This document shows positions 53,071-61,013 of a DNA stretch of 64,000 bases, in pieces. The position numbers were made by a program, and so were the translations under genes. The DNA is taken from assembly GCA_964427285.1 (NCBI GenBank), contig CAYRTS010000001.1, positions 31,471 to 95,470 of the forward strand, written 5' to 3'. Positions within the stretch are counted from its first letter, which is position 1, and every line of letters starts with the position of its first letter. The DNA is from an uncultured Anaerolineaceae bacterium (GTDB taxonomy: Bacteria; Chloroflexota; Limnocylindria; Limnocylindrales; CSP1-4). The notes below the pieces were generated by a model, which had not been told where the DNA came from, searched no databases, and was given only the letters and a program-made list of their open reading frames with translations.

Positions 53071-53517
53071 TCAACGGTCGGCGGTGTCAAGCCAGATCGT
53101 GAATGGGCCGTCGTTGACCAGTTCGACCTCCATCTCCGCGCCGAACCGGCCCGTCCCTGCGATGACCCCGAGGGCGCCCAGCGCGGATACAAACCGCAGG
53201 TAGAGCCGCTCGGCGAGTTCCGCTGGCGCAGCTGTCGTGAACCCGGGCCGCCGGCCGCGGCGAGTGTCCGCGTACAGCGTGAACTGCGAGACGACGAGGG
53301 CCGCCCCGCCCATCTCCAGCAGGGATCGGTTCGTCCGACCCTCGCCATCACGGAAGATCCGCAGCTCGGCGGCACGGCGGGCCAACTCGTCGGCGATGGC
53401 GTCGGTGTCACCCGGACCGACGCCGAGCAGGATCACGAGGCCCGCGCCGATCGACCCGACGACCTCGCCTCCGACGCGGACTTCCGCCCGGGATGCCCGC
53501 TGCAGGAGCGCCCTCAC
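53071..53517 (-). CDS. dtd: D-aminoacyl-tRNA deacylase
   Basis: I start it at GTG 53517 (GTGA overlap with the rpe stop), giving 148 aa. Motifs VSQFTLYAD and NDGPFT. Confidence 0.92.
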   Translation of the reverse strand: MRALLQRASRAEVRVGGEVVGSIGAGLVILLGVGPGDTDAIADELARRAAELRIFRDGEGRTNRSLLEMGGAALVVSQFTLYADTRRGRRPGFTTAAPAELAERLYLRFVSALGALGVIAGTGRFGAEMEVELVNDGPFTIWLDTADR

Positions 53518-54488
53518 GGGTAGCTCGGCGGAGGAATCACCCCGTGCTCGCGGATGAACGCCTCGCGCCAACGAGCAGCTTCCTCCCGGTAGACCTCGCG
53601 CCCCGCGGTATGGCGCTCGATCACCAGGGCCTCGATCATCGCCGGGACGAGCAGCTCGTAGTCGCGCACGCCATCGGGGTTGTACCCGCCGCCGCCGCGG
53701 AGCATGACAACCGGGATGCCGCCGACCTCGATCTCGTCCATGAAGCGGTGGGCGATGTGCCTTGGCAGCGACGCGAAGGCGACCATCATGTCGCGCGGGA
53801 TCGGTGGCACGCCGTTGTTCAGGCCGAACTGGTAGCCCTCGTCAACGAGCGCGCGGATCAGGCGGATCTCACGGCCGATATTCCGCCCGGGAAGGAACAG
53901 CGCGGACCCAATGACCACGACATCGACGCCGAGCCCCCCGACGAATTCGGCCGTCTCCCGGTTGATCCCGCCATCGACGTGCACCTCGCCGCCGAACACC
54001 TTGTGGCTGAGCAGTTCCTGGGCCGCGAGCAGCTTGTCGCTGGCCACATCGCGCATGAAGGTCTGACCGCCGAACCCCGGCTCGACCGTCATCACCATGA
54101 CGATGTCGAGGAGTTCCTTGTAGGGCCGCAGCGCGTCGAGCGGGGTCGCCGGTCGGAGGGCGAGGCCGGCCGCGCGTCCGGCCGCGCGGATCCGGCGCAG
54201 GATCGGGGCGATCTCCTCCTCCACCTCGACGTGGACGGTGATCGAGTCGCAGCCGGCATCGAGGTACTCGTCGAGATACCGGCCGGGCTCGCTGATCATC
54301 AGATGCGTGTCGAGGGGCAGCTGGGTTCGCTTGCGGAGATGCTTGATCGTCTTTGCCCCGAAGGTGAGGTTCGGGACGAAGTGCCCGTCCATGACGTCGA
54401 GGTGGATGCGATCGGCGCCGGCTGCGTGGAGGCGGCGCACGGCATAGCCGATGTTGCTCAGGTCGGCATCGAGAATGCTGGCCGCCAC
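53514..54488 (-). CDS. rpe: ribulose-phosphate 3-epimerase fused to an unassigned ~106-aa C-terminal domain
   Basis: Start GTG 54488 ((M)AASILDADL...) or 54509. Rpe motifs: HLDVMDGHFVPN, MTVEPGFGGQ, VDGGI. After about residue 218 an extra domain follows in the same frame: GYQFGLNNGVPPIPRDMMVAFASLPRHIAHRFMDEIEVGGIPVVMLRGGGGYNPDGV.... Confidence 0.85.
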   Translation of the reverse strand: MAASILDADLSNIGYAVRRLHAAGADRIHLDVMDGHFVPNLTFGAKTIKHLRKRTQLPLDTHLMISEPGRYLDEYLDAGCDSITVHVEVEEEIAPILRRIRAAGRAAGLALRPATPLDALRPYKELLDIVMVMTVEPGFGGQTFMRDVASDKLLAAQELLSHKVFGGEVHVDGGINRETAEFVGGLGVDVVVIGSALFLPGRNIGREIRLIRALVDEGYQFGLNNGVPPIPRDMMVAFASLPRHIAHRFMDEIEVGGIPVVMLRGGGGYNPDGVRDYELLVPAMIEALVIERHTAGREVYREEAARWREAFIREHGVIPPPSYP

Positions 54489-54511
54489 CCGGCCCCGTCC
54501 GCCGGCCACGG

Positions 54512-55708
54512 CTACTCGCCCACTCCGACCGGCAGCGGGTCGACGTGGCGCTCGCCCAGCAACGCGGCGGCGCTCTCCGCCACGAGCCTGGCGCGTCGCC
54601 GGGCAACGGCCGGGGCCGGCGGCTCTCCGGCACGTTCGGCAGCAAGCTGACCACACGCCGCGCCAACCTCCTGGCCCCGGTTGCGCCGGATGGTCGTCTC
54701 GATGCCGGCGGCGCGCAACCATCCGGCGAAGCCCTCGATGACCGGCATCGGGCTCGCGGTCCAGGGCGTGTGCGCGACAGGGTTCATCGGGATCAGGTTG
54801 ACATGGGCATGGTCTCCGCGGAGCAGCTGCGCCATGGCCTCGGCGTCCGCGTCGGTGTCGTTGACCCCGGCGATCATGGTCACCTCATAGCTGATCCGCC
54901 GACCGGTGGCTCGGGCGTGATCCCGAGCCGCGGCCACCACTTCGGCGACGGGCCAGCGCCGGTTCAGTGGCACGAGGACGTCCCGCAGCGGATCGCGGGC
55001 CGCATGAAGCGAGACCGCCAGGGTGAACTGTGGTCCGAGCGCCGTCAGCCGCCGGATCCCGGGCACGACGCCGGACGTCGAGACTGTGATGTGGCGGGCT
55101 CCCAGGCCGAAGCGGGCCGGGTCGTTGAGCGCCTCGATGGCCGCGAGGACGCGGTCCAGATTGAGGAGCGGCTCCCCCATTCCCATGAACACGATGTTCG
55201 TGAGGCGGCGCCCGTCGGCGGCCAGGCGCCGGGCCGCACAGCGGACCTGGTCGACGATCTCGGAGATCCCGAGGTCCCGTCCAAACCCGAGTTCGCCGGT
55301 CGCACAGAAGGGGCAACCGACCGCACAACCGGCCTGGCTCGAAATGCACAGGGTGTGCCGCTCCCGTGAGCGGGCCCGGGCCGGGTAGTGCATCAGGACC
55401 GATTCGATCAGGGCGCCGTCGCGCAGCCGATGGAGGGCCTTCTCGGTCTGGCCGCCGTCCGCGATTCGAAGCTCCGTGTCGGCCAGGGTGTCGAAGGCGA
55501 ATGCCTCGTCGAGGAGAGCACGCAGGGCCGTCGGCAGCGCCAGCGCGTCGTCGAGCGAGCCGATGGTCCCGGCCCACACCGCAGCCGCCACCTGGCGTGC
55601 GCGGTAGCCGGGTTCTCCGCGCAGCGCCAGCCAGGCCTCCAACGCGTCTGGGGCGAGCCCCGACAGCCCGGGGCGGTCATCGGTCGCAGGAATTGCCGGG
55701 AGATCCAT
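54512..55708 (-). CDS. rlmN: 23S rRNA/tRNA (adenine-C2)-methyltransferase, radical SAM
   Basis: 398 aa. Motifs CISSQAGCAVGCPFCATG and MGMGEPL. Confidence 0.94.
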   Translation of the reverse strand: MDLPAIPATDDRPGLSGLAPDALEAWLALRGEPGYRARQVAAAVWAGTIGSLDDALALPTALRALLDEAFAFDTLADTELRIADGGQTEKALHRLRDGALIESVLMHYPARARSRERHTLCISSQAGCAVGCPFCATGELGFGRDLGISEIVDQVRCAARRLAADGRRLTNIVFMGMGEPLLNLDRVLAAIEALNDPARFGLGARHITVSTSGVVPGIRRLTALGPQFTLAVSLHAARDPLRDVLVPLNRRWPVAEVVAAARDHARATGRRISYEVTMIAGVNDTDADAEAMAQLLRGDHAHVNLIPMNPVAHTPWTASPMPVIEGFAGWLRAAGIETTIRRNRGQEVGAACGQLAAERAGEPPAPAVARRRARLVAESAAALLGERHVDPLPVGVGE

Positions 55709-55718
55709 GGGTCGGATG

Positions 55719-56681
55719 CTATCGCAGCAGGACGGGCTGCCCGATCAGGCCCGGCGCCCCGCGTCGCAATGAGGCGGCATCGGTTACCTGGCGGCCGGCA
55801 AACTGGGCTCGCTCGATCCGGACCCGGCCGGCCACCGTCGCCAGGGCGAGGCCGGTCGCGTCCGCGACGAGAACCCCGGGCTGGTCGCCAGGGACGTCTG
55901 CACCGACGCTGGCCTGGTGGACGATCAGCCGGCCCAGCGGGGTCTCCACGAAGGTACCGGGCCATGGGCGATAGGCGCGCACCTGGCGCTCGAGTTCGAC
56001 GGCCGGTCGGCCCGGGTCGAGCCGCCCGTCCTCGCGCCGGAGCGGCCGGGTTGAGGTTGCGTTGTCGGAAGCCTGCGGCAGCGTCGCAATCTCGCCGGCC
56101 AGCCACGGCCCCAGGAACTCCGACAGCAGCGCGGCGGCCAGGACCTCAAGGGCATCCTCGAGCAGCGGGGCGGTCTCGGAGCCGTCAAGCTCCAAGCGGC
56201 GTTGCGCCACGATCGGCCCGCTATCGAGACCCTCATCCATCCGGATCAAGGTAACGCCGGTGTCGGTGTCGCCGGCGAGGATCGTCGCCGGGATCGGGCT
56301 GGCGCCGCGATGGCGTGGCAGGAGCGAGGGGTGAAGGTTGAGCGCCGCGTGCCGCAACCCGAGAAGCGCTGGGGGCACGATCTGCCCATAGTCGGCCAGG
56401 ACCGCAAGGTCGGGGGCCAGCTCCAGGACCGTGGCAACGGCTTCGGAGGCGCGCAGCCGCGCCGGCGTCAGGATTGGGGTACCCAGGGCATGGGCGCTGG
56501 ACGCGATCGGGGTCGACAGCAACGCCTGGTGTCGGCCGGCGGGCCGTGGCGGCGCCGTCACGATCCCGACGACCTCAATCAACGGCGACTCGGCCAGGAT
56601 CCGCAGGCTTGGCAGGCCGAACCGGCCGCTGCCGAGGAAGACGGTCCGCACGCGCGAGCCGCCGGCCCGCGTGGTGGTCAC
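55719..56681 (-). CDS. fmt: methionyl-tRNA formyltransferase
   Basis: 320 aa. Motif LNLHPSLLPRHRGASPI. Confidence 0.95.
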   Translation of the reverse strand: MTTTRAGGSRVRTVFLGSGRFGLPSLRILAESPLIEVVGIVTAPPRPAGRHQALLSTPIASSAHALGTPILTPARLRASEAVATVLELAPDLAVLADYGQIVPPALLGLRHAALNLHPSLLPRHRGASPIPATILAGDTDTGVTLIRMDEGLDSGPIVAQRRLELDGSETAPLLEDALEVLAAALLSEFLGPWLAGEIATLPQASDNATSTRPLRREDGRLDPGRPAVELERQVRAYRPWPGTFVETPLGRLIVHQASVGADVPGDQPGVLVADATGLALATVAGRVRIERAQFAGRQVTDAASLRRGAPGLIGQPVLLR

Positions 56682-57193
56682 GCCAGGGTGCTCGTCGCCT
56701 CGCGGACCTCCGCGTCATCCTCGTTGCCCTGGCCAACGGCGAGGAGTTCGTCCATCGAATCGAGGTAGTCGATGTAGAGCTTGCCGTCGAGGTGGTCCAG
56801 TTCATGCTGGAGCGCACGACCCAGCAGACCGGACCCAGCTACCTTGATCCGCTTCCCGTGGCGATCCTGGGCGACCACCCACACCCGCTCGCGGCGCGTG
56901 ACGTAAGCCACGTACCCGGGAATGGACAGGCACCCTTCCAGGTCCCGGTCATCACCGCTGGACCGCACGATCCTGGGGTTCACCAGCTCGTAGAGCTGGC
57001 TCTCCACCTCGATCACGCAAGCCTGCATCGCCTCGCCGAGCTGGGGCGCCGCCAGGCCGACGCCGGGGGCGGCGCGCATCGTATGGGCAAGGTCATCGAG
57101 CAAACCGTGCAGGTACTTGCCAAAACTGTCGACCGGCTTGCCCTTGAGGCGGAGACGCGGGTCACCAAGCAGGACGATCGGGCGAACACTCAT
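56678..57193 (-). CDS. def: peptide deformylase
   Basis: I start it at ATG 57193 (MSVRPIVLLGDPRLR), giving 171 aa. Motifs GVGLAAPQLG, EGCLSIPG, HELDHLDG. Confidence 0.94.
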   Translation of the reverse strand: MSVRPIVLLGDPRLRLKGKPVDSFGKYLHGLLDDLAHTMRAAPGVGLAAPQLGEAMQACVIEVESQLYELVNPRIVRSSGDDRDLEGCLSIPGYVAYVTRRERVWVVAQDRHGKRIKVAGSGLLGRALQHELDHLDGKLYIDYLDSMDELLAVGQGNEDDAEVREATSTLA

Positions 57194-57199
57194 GTGCGG

Positions 57200-57205
57200 A
57201 GTATA
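57200..57205 (-). promoter_or_regulatory. -10 hexamer TATACT placed 6 nt before the def ATG (leaderless geometry)
   Basis: Minus strand reads cgcgaccTATACTCCGCACATG. No SD is present. Confidence 0.45.
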
Positions 57206-57219
57206 GGTCGCGCCCCAGC

Positions 57220-57639
57220 TCAGTTCGACTTCGGCTCGCCCGTGTCCGTGGTCGAGCCGGCGTCCTCCGGCGCGGTGGCAATCGACGCTCGGATCTCCGA
57301 CGCCCACTCGCGCGACTTCGAGGCCAATGTTGCGCTCGCGCCGGCAGTCACCTCGCCCGCCCGCTTGGCCAGTGGCGCCGCGCGGTCGGCCGCGCTCGCC
57401 GTCAACTCCGCGGCCCGCGCGGACAGCTCCCGAACCGTAGGGCCGGCACGCTCGGCCAGGTCGTCGACAAATTCCCGGACGGATTCGAGGATGCTCTCCG
57501 CGGTGGATGTCCCGGCGCCCTTCGCATCGCCGCTCGGCGGCGCGTCGGCCCTCCAGGTAAAGGTTTCGTCCGCCGTGGGCTCGTCTCGTGGCGCACCGTG
57601 TGGCTCGTCCTGTGGCGTCCCCTTCGTCGATTCGGTCAT
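57220..57639 (-). CDS. hypothetical acidic/helical protein
   Basis: I start it at ATG 57639 (AAGGAG upstream), giving 139 aa. The ends are disordered and acidic, and the core is Ala-rich amphipathic helix (ERAGPTVRELSARAAELTASAADRAAPLAKRAG). No family recognised. Confidence 0.55.
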   Translation of the reverse strand: MTESTKGTPQDEPHGAPRDEPTADETFTWRADAPPSGDAKGAGTSTAESILESVREFVDDLAERAGPTVRELSARAAELTASAADRAAPLAKRAGEVTAGASATLASKSREWASEIRASIATAPEDAGSTTDTGEPKSN

Positions 57640-57718
57640 CGGATTCTCCTTTGCGGTATGAGGGGTGAATGGTCGCACGAACGCTCGTCGCCGGTCGCCC
57701 ACGGCCGGAGTTCCGATT

Positions 57719-60316
57719 CTAGAGGAGCGATTCGGGGTCCACATCGGCCGTCCATGGAGCGTCGACTCCGCCATCGAGCAACGCGGCCGGATCGTCGCCA
57801 CGCAGGATCACGTTCCAGCGCCACCGATCGGCCCGCCGGGCGATATAGGCCGGGGCGGGGCCAACAACCGCGACCCGCCCGCCCCGCTCCGTGGCCCGTG
57901 CGCGAAGTCGATCGGCCAGGGCGTTGGCCGTTCGTTCGGCAGCCAGCGGGTCACTGAGTCCGACCGTCAGCTTGACCAGCCGCCCAAACGGCGGCGATCC
58001 AAACCGCTCGCGCAGGGCAAGTTCGGCTTCATAGAATGCCGATCGGTCACCGGAGGCCGCCGCCTGGATCGCCGGGTGATTGGGCTGGTAGGTCTGGACG
58101 ATCGCACGGCCGGGCCGCATCCCGCGACCGGCGCGACCGATCGCCTGGACGAGTAACTGGTAGGTGCGTTCGGCCGCGCGCTCGTCCGGCAGGTTCAGGG
58201 CGACGTCGGAGGAGACGACGCCGACCAGGGTGACCGACGGAATGTCGAGGCCCTTGGCCACGAGGCTCGTTCCGACCAGGACGTCCAGGCGACCGTCGGA
58301 GAAGGAATCGATCACGCGTTCCGCGGCGCCGCGCTGCGCGACGACGTCGCGATCGAGGCGGCCCACCCGGAGCGCCGGGAATCGCTCACGGACCTCCCGC
58401 TCCACGCGCTCCGTACCACCCCCCAGGTAGCGGATCCGCGGTGAGGCACAGGCCGGGCAGCGTGAAGCGATGGGAGTGGCGCGTCCACAGTGATGGCAGC
58501 GAAGCGTGGCCCCGGCCTGGTGGTAGACGAGCGGTCGCTCGCAGTCGGGGCAAGCCTGCACGTGTCCGCAATCGCGACACAGCACCACCGACGCTGTCCC
58601 GCGCCGGTTCAGCACGAGGATCGCCTGCTCGCCGGCGACGAGGTCCAGCGCCGCGAGTGCCGCCTCGAGGCTACGTGACAGGAGGCCCTTGTGGCCAGCG
58701 GCCAGTTCCTCGCGCAGGTCGACCACCTCGACCGTCGGCGGCGCCCCGACCGGCCGGTCGGCCAGCACAACCCGGTCGTATTCGCCCACCCGCGCCCGAC
58801 CCACACTATCCACGGCCGGGGTCGCCGAACCCAGGACCAGTGCCGCGCCCGCGAGTTGGGCGAGTCGGATGGCACCGTCACGCGCCTGGAATCGAGGCGT
58901 CCGGTCGCTCTTGTAGGCCGCGTCGTGCTCCTCGTCGACAACGATCACCCCGACATCCGCCAGCGGCGCCAGCAGCGCGAGCCGGGTCCCGACAACGATG
59001 TCCGCCCCCCCGGCCCGGATCCGCCGCCACTCATCGGCGCGCTCTCCGTCCCCGAGACCTGAGTGGAGGATCGCAATCCGCACGTCGAGGTCGGCCCGCA
59101 GGCGATCGACCAGCGGCAACGCCAGGGCAATCTCCGGGACGAGGACCAGCGCGCGGCGTCCGGCGTCCAGGGCCGTTCCAATGACCTCGACGTAGATCGC
59201 GGTCTTGCCCGAACCGGTCACCCCGTCCAGCAGGAGCGGCCGCGAATCCCGGGCGGCGATCGCGGCCCGAATCCGCGCAACCGCCTGGACCTGGGCCGGC
59301 AGCAGGTCGCTCACCGGGGGCCGACCCCCGCGCCGACCGACGGGCCGGGTGGCGAGGGGGCGACGAGGCCGCTCCCGAACGTTCGCCTCGACGAGACCAC
59401 GGCGGACGAGCCCGGCCACGGCCGCTGTGCCGTGCCGGTCCCCGAGATCCGCCGCCGCCATCTCGTCGGACGCACTTGCGGCCAGCTCGGTCAGGATTTG
59501 GGCCTGGCGTGGTCCGATGGGTCGCCCGGACGGCCGATCGCCGCTTTGGATCAGCGCCGCCACGGCGCGGCCGTCCGGGCGCAACCGGATCCAGCGTTCG
59601 TAGCGGGGACCAGCGCCGGCACCGGTGAGGACCCATTCCAGCGCGACGTCGCCGCGGTCGGCCATCGCCCGCAGGCGGCGCAGCAGGCCGGCTCGCCCAT
59701 CGGGCCCGGCGAGATCGCGGACGGGACGCGGGCCTCTCGCCAGCTGCTCGAGCAGGTCCTGGCCCGCTTGGTCGAGGGCTGCCAAGACCCTCTCGGGCGG
59801 CGATCGGGTGCCCTCCGCGCCGTCGGTCTCCGGTTGACGCTGTTCCCGGCGTGGCGGCAGCTCGGCGACGAGCTCGAGCCGCTCGAGCATCCCGGGTGGC
59901 AGCATGGCCCGCAGAACCAGCGCCGGCGGCGCCAGGTAGTGGGTCGCGATCCAGCGCGCCAGCGCCAGCGTCAACGGGGGGAGCAACGGCCCATCGGATC
60001 GGACCCGTTCCAGCACTGGCTTCAGTGGCGTTTCGGACAGGGCCGGCGTGGCGGATGCGGGCGCATCGGGTGGGTCGTCCGACGCTCGGAGCACGATCCC
60101 GAGGGCCTGCCGACGACCGAACTCGACCAGCACGGCCTCTCCTGCCTGGAGATCCGCGAGGGCCTCCGGCACCCGGTACGTATAGGTTCGATCGCCGCCG
60201 CGACCCGCCGTATCCACCGCGACCTCGACGTGGCGAGCCGTCGAGACATCGGCCGTCGCCCGGATGGGCTCCGCGATCAGCCCGAGCCCGTCAGACGCGA
60301 ACGCGTCGATCGGCAT
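57719..60316 (-). CDS. priA: primosomal protein N' (PriA helicase)
   Basis: Start ATG 60316 (uncertain). Motifs GVTGSGKT and VVDEEHD, plus the Cys-rich Zn region CRDCGHVQACPDCERPL...CHHCG...CPACAS. Confidence 0.93.
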   Translation of the reverse strand: MPIDAFASDGLGLIAEPIRATADVSTARHVEVAVDTAGRGGDRTYTYRVPEALADLQAGEAVLVEFGRRQALGIVLRASDDPPDAPASATPALSETPLKPVLERVRSDGPLLPPLTLALARWIATHYLAPPALVLRAMLPPGMLERLELVAELPPRREQRQPETDGAEGTRSPPERVLAALDQAGQDLLEQLARGPRPVRDLAGPDGRAGLLRRLRAMADRGDVALEWVLTGAGAGPRYERWIRLRPDGRAVAALIQSGDRPSGRPIGPRQAQILTELAASASDEMAAADLGDRHGTAAVAGLVRRGLVEANVRERPRRPLATRPVGRRGGRPPVSDLLPAQVQAVARIRAAIAARDSRPLLLDGVTGSGKTAIYVEVIGTALDAGRRALVLVPEIALALPLVDRLRADLDVRIAILHSGLGDGERADEWRRIRAGGADIVVGTRLALLAPLADVGVIVVDEEHDAAYKSDRTPRFQARDGAIRLAQLAGAALVLGSATPAVDSVGRARVGEYDRVVLADRPVGAPPTVEVVDLREELAAGHKGLLSRSLEAALAALDLVAGEQAILVLNRRGTASVVLCRDCGHVQACPDCERPLVYHQAGATLRCHHCGRATPIASRCPACASPRIRYLGGGTERVEREVRERFPALRVGRLDRDVVAQRGAAERVIDSFSDGRLDVLVGTSLVAKGLDIPSVTLVGVVSSDVALNLPDERAAERTYQLLVQAIGRAGRGMRPGRAIVQTYQPNHPAIQAAASGDRSAFYEAELALRERFGSPPFGRLVKLTVGLSDPLAAERTANALADRLRARATERGGRVAVVGPAPAYIARRADRWRWNVILRGDDPAALLDGGVDAPWTADVDPESLL

Positions 60317-61013
60317 GGCGCCGACGCTCCTCGGCGATGATCGCGTCGATCTGCTCCGCCGTACGCTCGACCTGGCCGGTTTCGTTGACGACAACGTGGT
60401 CGTAGTCGTCCTGTCGAGCGAGTTCGATCGCGGCGTTGCGCTGACGGAGCTCGAGTTCGTCGGCCGTTTCGGTGGCCCGCGTGCGAAGGCGGGTGATCAA
60501 CGTTTCGAGGTTCGGTGGGACGACAAAGATGAGGACGGCCTCCGAGACCTGTTTCTTGACTTTCTGGGCGCCCTGGACATCGATCTTGAGCAGGGCATGA
60601 CGCCCCGCCGACACGGCTTCGCGCACCTGGTCACGCGGCGATCCGTACCAGTTTCCGTGGACCTCGTTGGCTTCGAGGAGCTGCCTTGCGGCACGCAGCC
60701 GGAGGAACTCCGCACGGGACAGGAACAGGTAGTCGACGCCGTTCGCCTCGCCGTTGCGCGGCGCGCGCGTCGTGCAGGTGACAACGTAGTGGTACTCGGG
60801 GTCGTGGATGCGAGTGCGCATCGCGTCGATGATCGTGTCCTTGCCAACACCCGACGGCCCGGAAATGATCACCAGCATGGCGCCCGGCTTACCGTCGATG
60901 ATCCCGTCGGGACGCCCGGGGTCGTCCGAGATATGGACGGGTTCGGCCTGGTCGGCGGGTTCAGCCAAGTCGGCGTCGTCGCTGTGGTCGCCACGGTCGG
61001 CGACGTCGCCCAT
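60291..61013 (-). CDS. gmk: guanylate kinase with an acidic ~45-aa N-terminal extension
   Basis: Start ATG 61013 (shares 1 nt with the rluD stop). Motifs ISGPSGVGKDT and TTRAPRNGEANGVDYLF. Confidence 0.92.
   Translation of the reverse strand: MGDVADRGDHSDDADLAEPADQAEPVHISDDPGRPDGIIDGKPGAMLVIISGPSGVGKDTIIDAMRTRIHDPEYHYVVTCTTRAPRNGEANGVDYLFLSRAEFLRLRAARQLLEANEVHGNWYGSPRDQVREAVSAGRHALLKIDVQGAQKVKKQVSEAVLIFVVPPNLETLITRLRTRATETADELELRQRNAAIELARQDDYDHVVVNETGQVERTAEQIDAIIAEERRRHADRRVRV

Noticed and set aside
53514-53834. Idea that the Rpe C-terminal domain is a histone-deacetylase/arginase-fold remnant, because VVMLRGGGGYN resembles the HDAC ...LGGGGY motif
   Set aside because: The region is only about 100 aa, and the catalytic Asp/His metal-binding motifs of that fold are absent upstream. 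A single glycine-rich motif is insufficient. I kept it as 'unassigned domain'.
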